Source: the human T2T-CHM13v2.0 reference genome, Homo sapiens
DNA length: 64,000 nt
Assembly: GCF_009914755.1 (NCBI RefSeq)
Contig: NC_060947.1
Direction: 5' to 3' (one strand)
Position numbers and translations under genes: made by a program. Below, piece by piece: positions 1 through 19,948 of the stretch. A model generated the notes under the pieces. That model was not told the DNA's origin. It worked only from the letters and a program-made list of their open reading frames with translations, and ran no database searches. How positions within the stretch are numbered: the first letter of the stretch is position 1; the number at the start of each line of letters is the position of its first letter.

Positions 1-25
1 AATTGAGTAGTAAATTGAAAACTGC

Positions 26-3765
<3,740 letters not shown>

Positions 3766-4429
3766 CCAGTTGCAACCCTTCATTTTCCTTTAAATAATAT
3801 CAGTTAAATTTTTATCTCTCTTATAGTGCTTAAAACAACGCTATGAAAAGCATTTTTATAAAAAATTTTAATTATAGACAAATTCAGCCTGCATTATTCC
3901 TTAAGCATACCATTTTCTCATCACATAATAATTTTTTCTGTACATTCTTACTCATTTTTAAAAGAAGGTTTCTTACTTCCCTTGTTAGGTGCAGCTGAAC
4001 AATGTTTTCTACCATTACAAGCAGGTATACCCTAGTTCCTCCTTGTAAATGAGGTACGATCAATGCCTCTCTTGGTTTTGGCTCCTCCTCTGTAAAATAG
4101 ACACAATATATATTCCTCTTAGGTTTCTCATTAAATCAAAGAACTAGATTATGTGTAAATCAAAATAATCTATATAACATGACTTTGTATAGTGTCTGGA
4201 ACAGAATAAGCATCCTCTAAAATCTTGTTAATTTATATGGTATTACTACAGTTTGAAAATAAAAATATTCTACATTTGATGTCTATATAAAGGAAAAGCA
4301 ACATCGTACATTTACATATCACAAATATTTTCATTTATTGATTATAAGAATCTATGTTAAAGTCTCAAGGTATTTAGTAGATTTCATAATGTGATGTTGG
4401 TAAGACCAAATTTGATATGGATTTATTTT

Positions 4430-5527
<1,098 letters not shown>

Positions 5528-5729
5528 CTAGCAAGCTCATGTGAGTACTCACTTATCTAAAATGCATGAGAGTTTGAAAAAGTCTTCTATATTCCAAATA
5601 ATCCCAGAAAAAAACATGTATTTAATCTCCTAAAGTTCAATTGCGCCTATATAAAATTTTTCATGTGACTGTTCATTAAAACAGTTTTTGTTCCTTAAAG
5701 CCACTTCATTTTTTTCACTTTTCACAGTA

Positions 5730-7005
5730 GAATATTATACAAGGGACTCACATCTAGAATACATAAATAATTCTTAAAACTTAATAAGAAAACAAAGAAC
5801 AGAAAACAAAAAATGTATAATACACAGTAGTTTAACATATAGAGGTATATAGCTAAAGAAATAATTATAGATGTGTGTACATATTGGTTAGTATACATGC
5901 TTATGTTTTATAGCTCTGTCTCTGCTGAGAAACTAGAAAAAAATGACACCCAAGTAACAAGTACATCCAGTGCCCAAATCTTGGTTTCTAAATACCATTC
6001 TCTAAAATAACAAAAGCAAAACAAAACAGAGATATCCTTGGAGAAATGAGTAATTCTAGGCCTGGGGCAGTGAAAACACAAGATTAGCCTGGAGTATTAT
6101 GTAATGCCAGAAAATATGGAAGTTCTCAGAAAACAAAAGAATAGAAGCAGATCAGGAGCCAAACTGAAAGGGCACTCAATGGCCAAAGTTAAAACAATTT
6201 AGGCAACAAAATGAATTAAAATTTAAAAATTATAACACAATATAAAATAAAATATCCATGAGTCCATACTGATATAAATAATTGTACAAATAAATAAATG
6301 AGGAAAAAGGTACAAATATTTTTACAAAGAATTTCAGAAAATGTACAGGGATACTCCTCCCTTCAGGAGGTGGAAGTTAATTGTCCTCCCCAGGGTGTGA
6401 GCTGGATTCTAAACAGTAAAATATGGAATGGGAAAAAATAGTGACCTTTTAGTGGAGAAGCCTGGCGGTTCTCTCCTTAAGCAAGTGATCAATGTTAATA
6501 TCAGCAGTGAGAGGTCGCATTGGTATCATGCACTTCTCTGATAGGATGTGATGAGAAAGACACTTCACTTCTGTAGTATTCTCCCCTAAATTCCGGAATC
6601 CTAGTCTAATGAGGAGAAAACATCTAACAAACTCAAGTCCAGGGACATTTTACAAAGTTCTCAAGTACTCCTCAAAACCATAAAGGTCATGGGAAACAAG
6701 TAAAGACTGAGAACCGGTCATAGACTTTAGATTAAAGAGACAGGAAAACTAAATTCAATGTGGCAGGCTGGGTTGGATCCTGGCACTGAAAAAGGACATG
6801 GGCGTAAAAAATCTCCAAATCTGAATTAAGTCTGAAGTTTAGTTAATAGTAATATTTCAATGTTAATTTTTTAGTTTAAATGCATGTACAATGTAAGATA
6901 TTAATTTTAGGGGAAGCTGAGTGAAATGTGCATGAAAATGCTTTGTACAGCCTTTGCAAATGTTTCATAAATCTGAAATTATTCTAAAATAAAAGGTTTC
7001 CATTT
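5730..7005 (+). mobile_element. L1MC4-like 3' region fragments
   Basis: Recognised L1MC 3'UTR motifs (tgtgatgagaaagacacttcacttctgtagtattc; ggttggatcctgg..aaaaggacat; tctgaaattattctaaaataaaag). Confidence 0.6.
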
Positions 7006-8019
7006 TAAACAATAGATTGCATCATGATGAATTATCAACAAATCACTATTAATCATACAAGAGAGAAAGCTGTAGCTTCTTTAAAATGCATACTTGTTGT
7101 CCCCCCCGCATATACAGTAAATCATATTTTTTTTCTAAGTGGAGCCAGTAATCTACATTTCACATGGTCTTTAAATTATACACACCAATATGTAAGAGTT
7201 ACTTTTCTAAAGCCCTTTGCCTTTTATAGGTCCCAAAGACTTTCAAAGAGATTAAAAACCACAGTAGTAATGGTATCATCCAAAGTAACCAAATTTGGGG
7301 AAAATGAAATTTCTGCATATACTAGATGGAGCCTGAGAACGGAATAATTCCCTTAGGTAACATGCACATACCTGGTGGGCCCACAGGTTAATGAAGTCAT
7401 GATAGAAGAGTAAAGAAGATACAAAGTTTGGTGACTGACAGTGAAAAAAAAAAAAAAAAAACTAGGAGTGAAAGCAACTTACTCGTGCAAACTGCCCTTC
7501 TTGAGTTGAAGAAAACTGACATCACTGTAGAGTGCAGAGAAATTACAACTGGCCTGTTCAGTCAAGAAGCACCAACTGCCTTAGTATGAAGTGTTACTCC
7601 AGAAATGAATAGTGTAGCTGACAAGCAAAACCAACACCAACAAGCTAATAAAGAAATGTTCAAGCAAGTCAAAATGCTCTGAGTGGAGCAGCATGTAATG
7701 AATAAGCAAACAAGGGAATGAGAACAAACAATGAAAATCAATGCGATGAAGTGCATTGGTTTAATGGAGCCTAAGTATTCCCAGTTCTGACATCTTTGTG
7801 TGCCTCTGACTGCTCTTAGTTACCTACAACCTTTACTGCATACTTAACTCAGGACACCATTTTCATGCTCCAGCAGACTCCAGTTATCTGCAACCTTGCT
7901 GTCTCTTCCACCCACACGCGGCACCTGCCAGCCTTTCTCAGATACCCAATCTTGTTCACTCTGATCCAACCGTCTTTGGAATTCTTTTGTTTTCATTAGC
8001 TCTTGCTAAGTTTGCTTTC

Positions 8020-8864
8020 TGTGATGGTTGATTTTCTGTGTCAACATGGCTAGGCTATGGTGCTCAAATATTTGGTCAAACAGTCTAGATGTTGCTGTGA
8101 AGGTATTTTTTGGATGTGATTTAACATTTTATATAGTAGATTTTGAGTAAATCAGATTTACCCTCCATAGGAGGCGTGAGCATCATCCAATCAGTTGAAG
8201 GCTTTCAGGAAAAAGACAAAATTCTCCAAAGAAGATGGAATTCTCCCTCCAGACTGAAACACAGGAATCTGTTTGAGTTTCCAGCCATCGGAATCAGGAC
8301 TGCAACATCAACTTTTGCCTGAATTTCTAACCCACAACCAGCTCTACAGACTTCGGATTTGCCAACCCCCGCAGTCACGTGAATGAATTCCTTTAAATTT
8401 CCCTCTCTCTCTCTCTCTCTCTATGTATATATATATATAATATATAAATTATATATATTATATATATTTATATATAGGATAATAGGAAATAGTTGAATAT
8501 ATAGAATATAGAAATAATAGGATATATTTCCTATTATATAATATATGTAATAGGATATATAATATATAATGCATAATAGGATATATATATTATATAATAG
8601 GAAATAATAGGATATATATTATATATTAGATATTTATATATAATATATAGGATATATATTATATATTATATATTTATATATAATATATAGGATATATATA
8701 ATATATATATCCTATTATTTCTATATTCTATGTATTCAACTATTTCCTATTATCCTATATGTCACCCTCCGCTCGCTCGCTCTCTCTACATATATGTAAA
8801 ATAATAGGAGATATGTATAACTCCTATTATTTTCTTATCTTTCTGGAGAAATCTGATGAATACA
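8020..8864 (+). mobile_element. MLT2D-like ERVL LTR with expanded AT-rich internal tract
   Basis: Starts tgtgatggttgattttctgtgtcaac and ends ctggagaaatctgatgaataca. A TA-rich expansion spans ~8403-8830. Confidence 0.8.
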
Positions 8865-11800
8865 CTATTCATTTTGATCATTTTTCTACCAGTAACAATG
8901 TACTTGTCTTATAATGAGACACACTGCAGCAATTTTACCACTGCTACACCCACTGATAGTTTTTCTCAGCAAGGTATAAAATATAGTTAAGGCCTAAGAA
9001 ATAATAGACTTAAAGATTTCCATTTTGTTCTTTGAATAAAAATGCATAGAAGAATTATTCCATACCTTGGCTGAATTATCAGAATCACTTGTGGCACATC
9101 TTAAAAGTATATATGCCAAGGCTCTGCCCTGAGCTTGCTGAATCAAAATTCCTCCCATTGATAATGATTCACAGTCAAGGGCTGAAATCCCTGGATACAT
9201 AGTAATTTGATCACAGTATCTCAGACAGGATATAGTCCAGCTCTACTGATATTAATAAAGAACTTGAGGCGAAAAGAGAACAAATGAATTACACAAGTTC
9301 TCAAAAAGTAAAAATGAACAATGTCAGGCTAGTATTTTTATATTTCTAGAAGATTCACTCTATTTCCTTGTATAGATCAATTATACAAAAATATGACAGT
9401 ATTCCTGTCTCCTTGCATGCATATGTATCACCTGGTCCATTCAATTCACAAATATAAATAGAATGTAATATTTAGAAAATAATCGAGCAGACGCAGCTCT
9501 GTTTTATAAGGTGGTTCAGCTACAAATGAAATTATCTAGTATATAATTAGAGGACAACAAATGGCTAAAATCTTCGCAATTTTGTTTATGGTTAAAGTAA
9601 TAAAACTTTGAGGACAGGTAAATGTTACTGTGTCATATCCTCTGATTTAATCAAAAAACACTGGTCTCACTTTCCTATTGATGGAATTTTGGTAGATGCA
9701 TTCAACAAGCTGTCATAAATCTTAGCTTATTTCCTAGTAGCTAGCAAAAAAAAAAAATCCAGAATCGCTTCATATCATGGGTGTGAATAATGTAGAATAA
9801 TCAATAATCTTGGTTGTCCACGAGTGCTGTCTTAATCTTATTCTTTGGCTTCGAATGCAACATTTGCGTCTTTTACAGAATTCAAAATTTACAGAGTATT
9901 GTACACATACACACATGACCAGCTAAAAGCCATGTTCTCAGTAGTGTCCACTTTACCTGGCTAATGTCCAACGTGTGACGAGCAGGCAAAAATATGCAAT
10001 ATTAGTATTATTTACAGACAGATTGTTACAATTTTAACCGCAATTTTGAAATACGGGCTGTTAATTCTATGTTAAAACCACAGCTCTTAAAAATAACATG
10101 CATATACACACATATATTCATACCACAATTCACATAAAGGTCCAAAGTTTAGCTAGTTTTAACGTTAGTGATCAAAGCCTAATATGTATAGGCAAATGTA
10201 TGTACACAATACACGTGTGAACACACCACAGTTTTCTAAGATATTATTGAACCTGTAACAAAGTGTTGAGTTGTGATTTTATAAAAATAGTTCTATTATA
10301 TTATTACCTTTGTGCTCATCTGACACAACAGTACTCCTTCAAAGAGTCTGAAGGGTATGCTACATCAGCCAGCTATGTAACAGCCTTATAATGCCAAGTG
10401 TCCTGTACAGAGGTTTACTCCAATGAACTGGCTTAATTTAGAATGTAATCTAACCAATTATATTTAATAGCATGGCTAGGAAAATCAGCCCCATAGTCTA
10501 AAAACCGGTGTCTCCGGGAAAAAAGGAAGTGGACTTTCCTTTTATGTTCTACCTCTTAGAAGGTATAGGAATCACAATATTCTATGCAAAACCAGAGATA
10601 TTCGCTACCTCTGATCCTTTCCTTTGCTCCTTTTACATTTATAACAAATGAATAAGCTGAACGTGATTTTTCATTTTGTAGCTGCAATCTCTGTAGACAA
10701 ACTGATCAACTGAAATACTTACACTGATTTGATCAACATATTTATCAATGAATAAGGATTTAGGAAGTTATTTTCATGATTTGGACAGTTGTGCACCTGG
10801 ATTCATTTAGAAACTATTGTCTTTTTCTAAATGTTAGAGATGTTTAATGTGGGGAAGAAAAACTTAAGGAAGGAGACCCACATGGAGGAAATTGCATTTT
10901 TCTCTATAGCATAATTCAGGGATACATTGGATTACAGGCCAGAGTGATGATTTGGAAGGAACTAAAAGCACTGATATTTGATAGAGACCTGGTGAACTAA
11001 GGAAGCAATTCTAAATAGATTATTTTGGATGTGAAACAGATATTTCCAGTCATCATTGCAGTTTTTAGTCCTTGACAGTGATTTAAGGTCTGAGGAATGC
11101 TAAGCAATGTTGCAACACCTGCATGTACATATGCCCTGCACAATCATATGCCCTGCTACCAGTAGCTGCTCTCAGCACAGCTTTCCTCTTTCACCCCAAG
11201 CCAAGGAATTTGCCATACCTGCAGGCAGTCAAAGTGAAGAGGGTTGCCTTTTAAGAATTATTTTTCATAGTTCCCTTCTCAATTTTCAGTTTCAACAGCC
11301 TCTTCCCATTCAAATTGTCTGCGTTTGCCTCACCTTCCTTCTCAAACCACCAGTTCCTTTACAATGCATCTTCAACTTAGGTTATATAAAGAAATGCTAG
11401 GCTTTGTCTTTGCACACAAATTCCTCTTTGAGTATACCTATGCTGTATAAATTCATATTACTGCTTGAGTATACATATGCTGTATAAATTTGTATTACTG
11501 CCATTCGTTTCAAGAATCACCTCTTTCCTGGCAGGAGAAAATCAATAGATAAGATTACTAATGAGACTGGAGTCCTACTGCCTCCAGCACTTAGCAGATT
11601 ATGAATAAGCCTTTCCTCATGGATTGTTTGTCATGTAAGAAAGCATAACTGAATAGCACCGTACACATAAGCAAAAGTGAAATGTTAATAATATTTCTAC
11701 CTAAAGTGTATCATATTAATTCATATTAAAATAAATGAGATTTACAATCATATTGGCAGGAATCTACTAAAAGTAATATACTTTCTAGAAATTTGAAACT

Positions 11801-12573
11801 CCCTAAATAGATGTAACTGTCCTTGAATATTAAAAGACGTACTGGGAAAATGGCAAAAGACTCCAAGAAACCAAGTCAAAATCATATTGTTTATTTTTCA
11901 TGTATGAACAAGAATTGAAGAATGAAAAGCTCAGAAGGAAGGTAATAAATGTAAATAATACATAGGAAACATTTTACAAAACTTTTACTTTTGTAAATTG
12001 TGCGTTTCACTGAGTTTTAACATTAGTTGGTTAAAGTCCTTATCATATTTTTATGAAAGGTGAAGTCAACAAATAAACCATTGAGAATGTGGAAGAAAAG
12101 TTCAGAAAATTAAAAACTCAGAGGCCATTACTCATGTCAACTTATAAAAATAATGATCACATTAAACATAACTTACTCTCTTAACATACTGGGTTAATAT
12201 CGTAGTAGCTTATGGAATCATAGGGAAAGGTTTTGCAAGGATTATGCTTTTCTCCTAGCATGTTAGGAAAAATTTACACTGGATTTTGGTGAAGCAAAAT
12301 ATGTATACTTTCAACCAAGATATTCCGGGTCTTTAGGCTAAGTAACATAATTACATCAAATCTATTTTTCCATAAAATTTACCACTATATGTAGGAGAAG
12401 ATATAAGAACTTCTGTAGCAATTTCTGTGTTTGTGACAATAGAAGTAAAAATAGCAAAGAAAATATTATTGAATATATTTTAATAATTTAAAGTAAATAT
12501 ATTAGCACATATTTTATAGATTATCAATTTATTAGCAACTAACATATTTATTCATCCTATATATAGGATCAGT

Positions 12574-12642
<69 letters not shown>
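12574..12642. repeat. (TA)n(GA)n compound microsatellite
   Basis: Read directly from the sequence. Confidence 0.97.
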
Positions 12643-12645
<3 letters not shown>

Positions 12646-12658
12646 ATGGACATATATA

Positions 12659-13961
12659 TTTTCTTTTTTTTAAATTTTATTTATTTGCTTTAAGTTCTGG
12701 AATACATGTGCTGAACGTGCAGGTTTGTTACATACGTATACATGTGCCACGGTGGTTTGCTGCACCTATCAACCCATCATCTAGGTTTTAAGCTATGCAT
12801 GCATTGGGTATTTGTCCTAATGCTCTCCCTCACCTTTCCCCCTACCCTCTGACAGGCCCTGTTGTGTGATGTTCCCCTCCCTGTGTCCATGTGTTCTCAT
12901 TGTTCAACTCCCACTTATGAGTGAGAACACGCAGTGTTTGGTTTTCTGTTCCTGTGTTAGTTTGCTGAGGATAGTGGTTTCCATCTTCATCCATACCCCT
13001 GCAAAGGACATGAATTCATTCTTTTTTATGGCTGCATAGCGTTCCATGATGTATATGTGCCACATTTTCTTTATCCAGTCTATCATTGATGGGTATTTGG
13101 GTTGGTTCCAAGTATTTGCTATCATAACTAGTGCTGCAATAAACATACATGTGCATGTGTCTTTATAGTAGAATTATTTACATTCCTTTGGGTATGTACC
13201 CAGTAATGGGATTGCTGTGTCAAATGGTATTTCTGGTTCTAGATCCTTGAGGAATCACCACACTGTCTTCCACAATGTTTGAACTAGTTTACACTCCCAC
13301 CAGCAGTGTAAAAGCATTCTTATTTCTCCACATCCTCGCCATCATCTGTTGTTTCCAGACTTTTTAATGATCGCCATTCTAACTGGCGTGAGATGGTATC
13401 TCATTGTGGTTTTGATTTGCATTTCTCTAATGACCAGTGATAATGAGCTTGTTTTCATGTTTGGTGGCCGCATAAATGTCTTCTTTTGAGAAGTGTCTGT
13501 TCATATCCTTCGCCCACTTTTCGATGGGGTTGTTTTTATCTTGTAAATTTGTTTAAGTTCCTTATAAATTCTGGATATTAGCCCTTTGTCAGATGGATTG
13601 ATTGCAAAAATGTTCTCCCATTCTGTAGGTTGCCTGTTCACTCTGGTGATAATTTCTTTTGCTGTGCAGAAGCTCTCTAGTTATTTAGATCCCATTTGTC
13701 AATTTTGGGTTTTGTAGCAATTGCTTTTGGTGTTTTAGTCATGAAGTCTTTGCCCATGCCTATGTCCTGAATGGTATTGCCTAGCTTTTATTCTAGGGTT
13801 TTTATGGTTTTAGATTTTATGTTTAAGTCTTTAATCCATCTTGAGTTGATTTTTGTGTAAAGTGTAAGGAAGGGGTCCAGTTTCTGTTTTTTGCGTATGG
13901 GTAGCCAGGTTTCCCAGCACCATTTATTAAATAGGGAATCCTTTCCCTATTGCTTTTGTCA
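12659..13961 (-). mobile_element. L1PA8-like 5'-truncated, ~1.3 kb
   Basis: T-rich tail, then ggtggtttgctgcacctatcaacccatcatctaggttttaagc and the ORF2 C-terminus. Confidence 0.88.
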
Positions 13962-13965
13962 GATG

Positions 13966-14145
13966 TGTATATATATATATATATCTGTCATATATATATA
14001 TCTGTCATATATATATCTGACATATATATCTGTCATATATATATCTGTCATATATATGTCATATATATATCTGTCATATATATATATCTGTCATATATAT
14101 ATATCTGTCATATATATATCTGTCATACATAAATATATATATCTG

Positions 14146-14186
<41 letters not shown>
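13966..14186. repeat. (TA)nTCTGTCA minisatellite ending in (TA)n
   Basis: About a dozen copies of ATATATATCTGTCAT with variable TA number. Confidence 0.95.
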
Positions 14187-14189
<3 letters not shown>

Positions 14190-15439
14190 TATTGGCAAAG
14201 AAAATGAACCAAAACAGGCTCCTGGGCCCATGAGATTAAAGCCAATGTCTGTTGCAATCATTTGGCATTTAGCACAAAGACTAAGATACATTAAGTCCTC
14301 AAAAAATAATTATTGAATACCAGATGTGTTCATGCCATTAAAATTCAGTATGCTATATCTGTATTTGATAATCCCATAGATCTTTTCTTGTGTTACATCT
14401 AAATGAAAAATTACTCTAAGCATTTTCAGGATTATCTCGATCTCTTTACAGTTCAATACAGCCACAAAAATTCAGTGTTCTTATTTGGATGTGTGTTTTC
14501 AATCCTGCTAAGTGAGATTGCTGCCAGATGGCATTTCTTAGTGTAAAAATGAAGTTGTCTCATGTTCACCCATATGGTCATGTTGGCTTATTTTACCAGC
14601 TGCAAAGTGATGATTAGGAAAGGAATAATATATTAACAGAAGGAAACTGCAGCACCTTCAGTTATTGAAGTTCTCGAGACTCTTTATTGTAATTTATGAA
14701 AGAAATCAAACTTCATCAGAATAAAGTATCACTTTACGTTTCACAACTTCATAAAAAAGAACTTGACTGGACAATATTTAAAGGATGGCTTACATTTCCT
14801 GAAAGAAAAATTACATTATGAATCATTATGTAAAATAAGGTGTGTCAAACATTTCAGTAAAAAAGAGTGCTCAAGAATGAAGATACTCCAAGTATATCAG
14901 GGTATATAGGCATGGCACATTCAAAAGAAAACTTGCACCACAGAAACTAGGTCTATTCTCAGCGAGAAGTGATTGTGTTTAAGACAAAAAACACAATGTG
15001 AAATACAATAGAAATTTCTTAGTTTTTACTTTTACAGTTTTATTTCTAATACTTATAAATTGTTTATTTTACAGGTATAAAAACATACCTTTAAGCATAC
15101 ACATTTTTATACTAGTTTTATCTCAGTGAATATTAAAATTATAAGAATTTCTCAACATTGAGTGTCACTGATTCTTTTTTCTTCCAAAGGAAACACTGTT
15201 TAAATAAATAATCAACGTCCACTGCCACTCATTGTTTAAATTTGGAGAAATAATAAGACTAAAACTTTTAACAGGCTGATCAATCCTTTAAATAATATTT
15301 TTGAACCCTTACTATGTGGAATTGATCATTGAGCCAATTACACACAGTCTTTGTCCTAGAGGAGTTCATGGTCCTGCAAAACTTTCCAAACTACGTAGGG
15401 AGGAATACAACTAAGAGTGTCACTGTCTGCTATTTACAA

Positions 15440-16137
15440 GTTGTGAGCTCAAAAGATGTGGAAACAATCTAAATGTCCATCAACAGAGGCACGGAAAAAG
15501 AAAACGTGGGATATACATACAATAAATTACCATTCAGCCTTTAAAAAGAAAAAATTCCACATATAGATGAACCTGGAAGACATTATGCCAAATGATTGCA
15601 ACGGATTGCTAAGCGACATAAACCAGTAATGAAAAAGATAAACACTGCATGATTCCACTTATATGGGGTATCAAAAATAGTCAAATTCATAGAATCAAGG
15701 AATAGAATGATGGTTGCCAAGGGCTGGGGGAGAAGGCAACGGGAGTTACTAATCCATGGTTACAAGGTTTCCATTGATCAAGATGAATAAACTTTACCAG
15801 TGTGGTGGTACCCAGCTACTCGGGAGGCTGAGGCACGAGAATCACTTGAACCTGGGGAGGTGGAGGGTGCAGTGAGCCAAGATGGGGCCACTGCACTCCA
15901 GCCTGGGCAACAGAGTGAGACTCTGTCTCAAAAACAAAAAACGAAGAAAATGAAACAAACAAACAAAAAACCAAAGGGAGGGAAACAAAGAAAAAAGAAA
16001 AAAAATGAACTCTTAAAATCTGCAGCACATCATTGCAACTATCATACTCTACTGTCTATCATACTCTACTGTGCACTAAAAAATATGTTAGAGTAGGTCT
16101 CATGTTAAGTGTTCATACCAGTAAAATTTTAAAAAGT
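15440..16137 (+). mobile_element. L1MA/L1MB 3' end interrupted by an Alu
   Basis: ggaaacaatctaaatgtccatcaacag..gatgaacctggaagacattatg..aatagtcaaattcatagaatc. The element resumes after the Alu (agagtaggtctcatgttaagtgttc). Confidence 0.75.
15797..16005 (+). mobile_element. Alu right arm (5'-truncated) with degenerate A-rich tail
   Basis: cccagctactcgggaggctgaggcacgagaatcacttgaacc..gagactctgtctcaaaaac. Confidence 0.9.
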
Positions 16138-16371
16138 GTGTTTTAGTATGTTACAAATGCTCTAATTCACAATTTATTTATCTGTAAGATATGGGTGATA
16201 ATAATAAAAATTAATTCAGAATGTTTCTGTGATAATGAAATAATTAATATAGAGTGAACAGCCCAGAGACAGGTAATACTGGTTTTGGATTGATGCACCA
16301 CTTTCACTACTCTCATTAAAAAGTGATTTTGTTTATTCATATGCATATATACACAGATATGTAAATATATG

Positions 16372-16373
16372 CA

Positions 16374-16420
<47 letters not shown>

Positions 16421-16436
16421 AGAGAAAGAGAAAGAG
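16372..16436. repeat. (CA)n(GA)n microsatellite
   Basis: Read directly from the sequence. Confidence 0.95.
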
Positions 16437-16844
16437 ATAAGCCACCAACTACTTATGGTCCACTTCCTTATGAGTACATCATGGCGTCTACTGCGTGTAT
16501 TACTATAGACGCATTCAAAAGAAAACTTGCACCACAAGAAGGGATGATGCAGAACGTTGAATATTGCTCAGCTACAAAAAAAAGAAAGTACGAGGAATAT
16601 TTAGAACAAGTTTTTATATTAGTATCTGTAAAAATATCTGGTAACTAATAGGTACTCAGTAGAAATGTATTGAATGCGTAGATGAGAGCTAATCACTGAC
16701 ACTGAGCCAGAACGTGTTTTGTCTTATCAATTGTGTAACTGTTTTTTAAATGATGAAGATAAGTGAAAGTCCAAACAAAGAGTTTTCACAGATTATAATA
16801 CTAGAAATTGTATCTGTTCACTCTGGACTTATCATGAATAATAC

Positions 16845-17831
<987 letters not shown>

Positions 17832-18448
17832 GGTGTCCAGTTGATGCGTGCCTGCAAAACTCTCACTATTTAGGAATAAAGGCACATCCTCACACAAGTT
17901 TAAAGTTGATATCCAGCAGTCTCTCCACCCAGCCCTGCCCCATCTGCATGCAGCTCAGGATCTCCAAGGTTGGAGGAGGAAGGTATTCCATGGGGCCCTG
18001 GAAAGCACATTAGTCTTCCCTTTATAAACTACGTGGATATATGGAGTGGGATGGGGTGGGATGGGCAGTCTTGGGCCCTGGTGTCTGGGGGTGCTTGGGC
18101 ATCGTAAAGTGTGAAACACGGTCCGGAATTCATCCCCACCTCTGGGGAAGAAGTGAGGGGAATGAGATTGGGCAGGGATTAAAATACACAAAGAGGTCTT
18201 CATCTTGACATGAAAACTTTTGTTTCTTAAATATGAAAATGTTAACATTTGTTGATTCTAGGTAGCAAGCTGGGGATCCTGGAAGATGGCATGACAGAGT
18301 ACTCTCTGACAAACTCACGCTGAGTGACAGTGACTTAATGGGAATGGGCTGGTTTCTCCATAGACTTCGTAGTAAATCCCTATAGTCACCATTGCTGGGC
18401 ATCTGTACTATTTCTTCCAATAAAGTCGTTACATATACATATATATTA

Positions 18449-18800
18449 TAGTAAGTCCTCAGTTAATGTTGTTGATAGGTTTTTGGAAACTGCAACTTTA
18501 CACAGAAGAACTGGTAAGGAAACCCATTTTACCCTAGGCTAATTGATATAAACAAGAATTAAGTTTTGTGGCATATTTCCCATCACAAAACATCACCAAA
18601 CTTGTAAAGAAAGACCAAATTACTTCCAGTATTAAACATGGAAATAAATTTGAATTATAAGTACATTTAAAAGATTGATAGAAACAAGTAAAATAATTAT
18701 TTATCCATGTATTCCAGTTCAGGGGGAGAGTGGCTGGTGCATACCTGGGAAGCTCAGGGAGCAAGGCCGGAATCAGTCCTGGCCAGGATGCCATCTCATA

Positions 18801-18892
<92 letters not shown>

Positions 18893-19115
18893 TACACTGG
18901 GACAATGTAGACACCCCAACTCACCTAACATGCACAACTTTAGGATGTGGGAGGAAATGGGAGTACACGGAGAAAACGCATACAGACATGGGGAAAACGT
19001 GCAAACTCCACACAGACAGTGGCCCCTCTGGAAATTGATTTTTTTCCTCATCAACGTTATAATGAAACAACGTTGAACAAATCAATGTTGAAGGAACGAT
19101 ATTCGAGTATACTTA
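18449..19115 (-). mobile_element. MER6A-like (TcMar-Tigger) DNA transposon with internal (CT)n(CA)n at 18806-18889
   Basis: The end agtaagtcctcagttaatgttgttgataggtt and the core catggggaaaacgtgcaaactccacacagacagtggcccc are characteristic of MER6. Confidence 0.8.
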
Positions 19116-19670
19116 TATATGCATAGATTTAAATTTTGTTTATATGTATTTCTTATGTATTTATTTATATGCATTCATTCTACCAGCAGCGGGCTTCATT
19201 TTGAATCTCCAGACAAGATTCTGAATTTTTGCTTAGGAAGGCCACCTTTGTTCAAAGCAGTTCAGTGACTGTGTTATTGAAAATGATACATCTGCTTTCT
19301 AGATCTTTTTTGAGCCTGGTTTTATTTCTGTGCTCAGGTTTCATATATCTAACTTCGATTTGGTTTTCTTTGCTTGCTACCAAGAGAAACTTAGCTAATA
19401 AATCTCATTATCAATACACCTTTATCGGGTTCTATTGTAATTATTTATAGTGAAGTGAATGGCTCCTCTGGGGTAGCAAATGACATTTTTCACTTTATTC
19501 CTAATAGAGTATGCTGAAAGGAAAAAGCATGAAAAATGAAAAGGAAAAAATAGAAAAAATTGTCTCCATGAAAATAGAAGTGAATGCTGCTATCACAGCC
19601 ACTCCTTATCACCTGGAAATGTGTTTCTATCATAATTTATGGGGTTTTAATTCCTTAAACCAGCTTTTCC

Positions 19671-19948
19671 TTTTTTTTTTTTTTTTTTTTTTTGAGACAA
19701 GGTCTCACCCTGCCACCCAGGGTGGAGTGCAGTGGCACCATCACTATTCACTACAGCCCCACCTCAGCCTCCTGAGTACCTGGGACTACCGGCCCACACC
19801 ATCACACTTGGCTAATCTGTGTATTATATGTAGAGATGTGGTTTTCTCATGTTGCCCAGGCTAGTCTCAAACTCCTTGGCTCAAGAGGTCCTCCTGCCTC
19901 GACCTCCCAAAATGCTAGCATTATAGGCACTAGCCACTGCGCCTGGCC
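19671..19948 (-). mobile_element. AluJ with internal deletion
   Basis: Poly-T then gagacaaggtctcac..ccactgcgcctggcc. The TSD ttaaaccag(c/t)tttt is present on both sides. Confidence 0.9.

Noticed and set aside
13891-14316. Ile/Tyr-rich ORFs, and CV/HT/ER-repeat ORFs at 16.2-16.5 kb and 18.5-19.1 kb
   Set aside because: They are translations of microsatellites.
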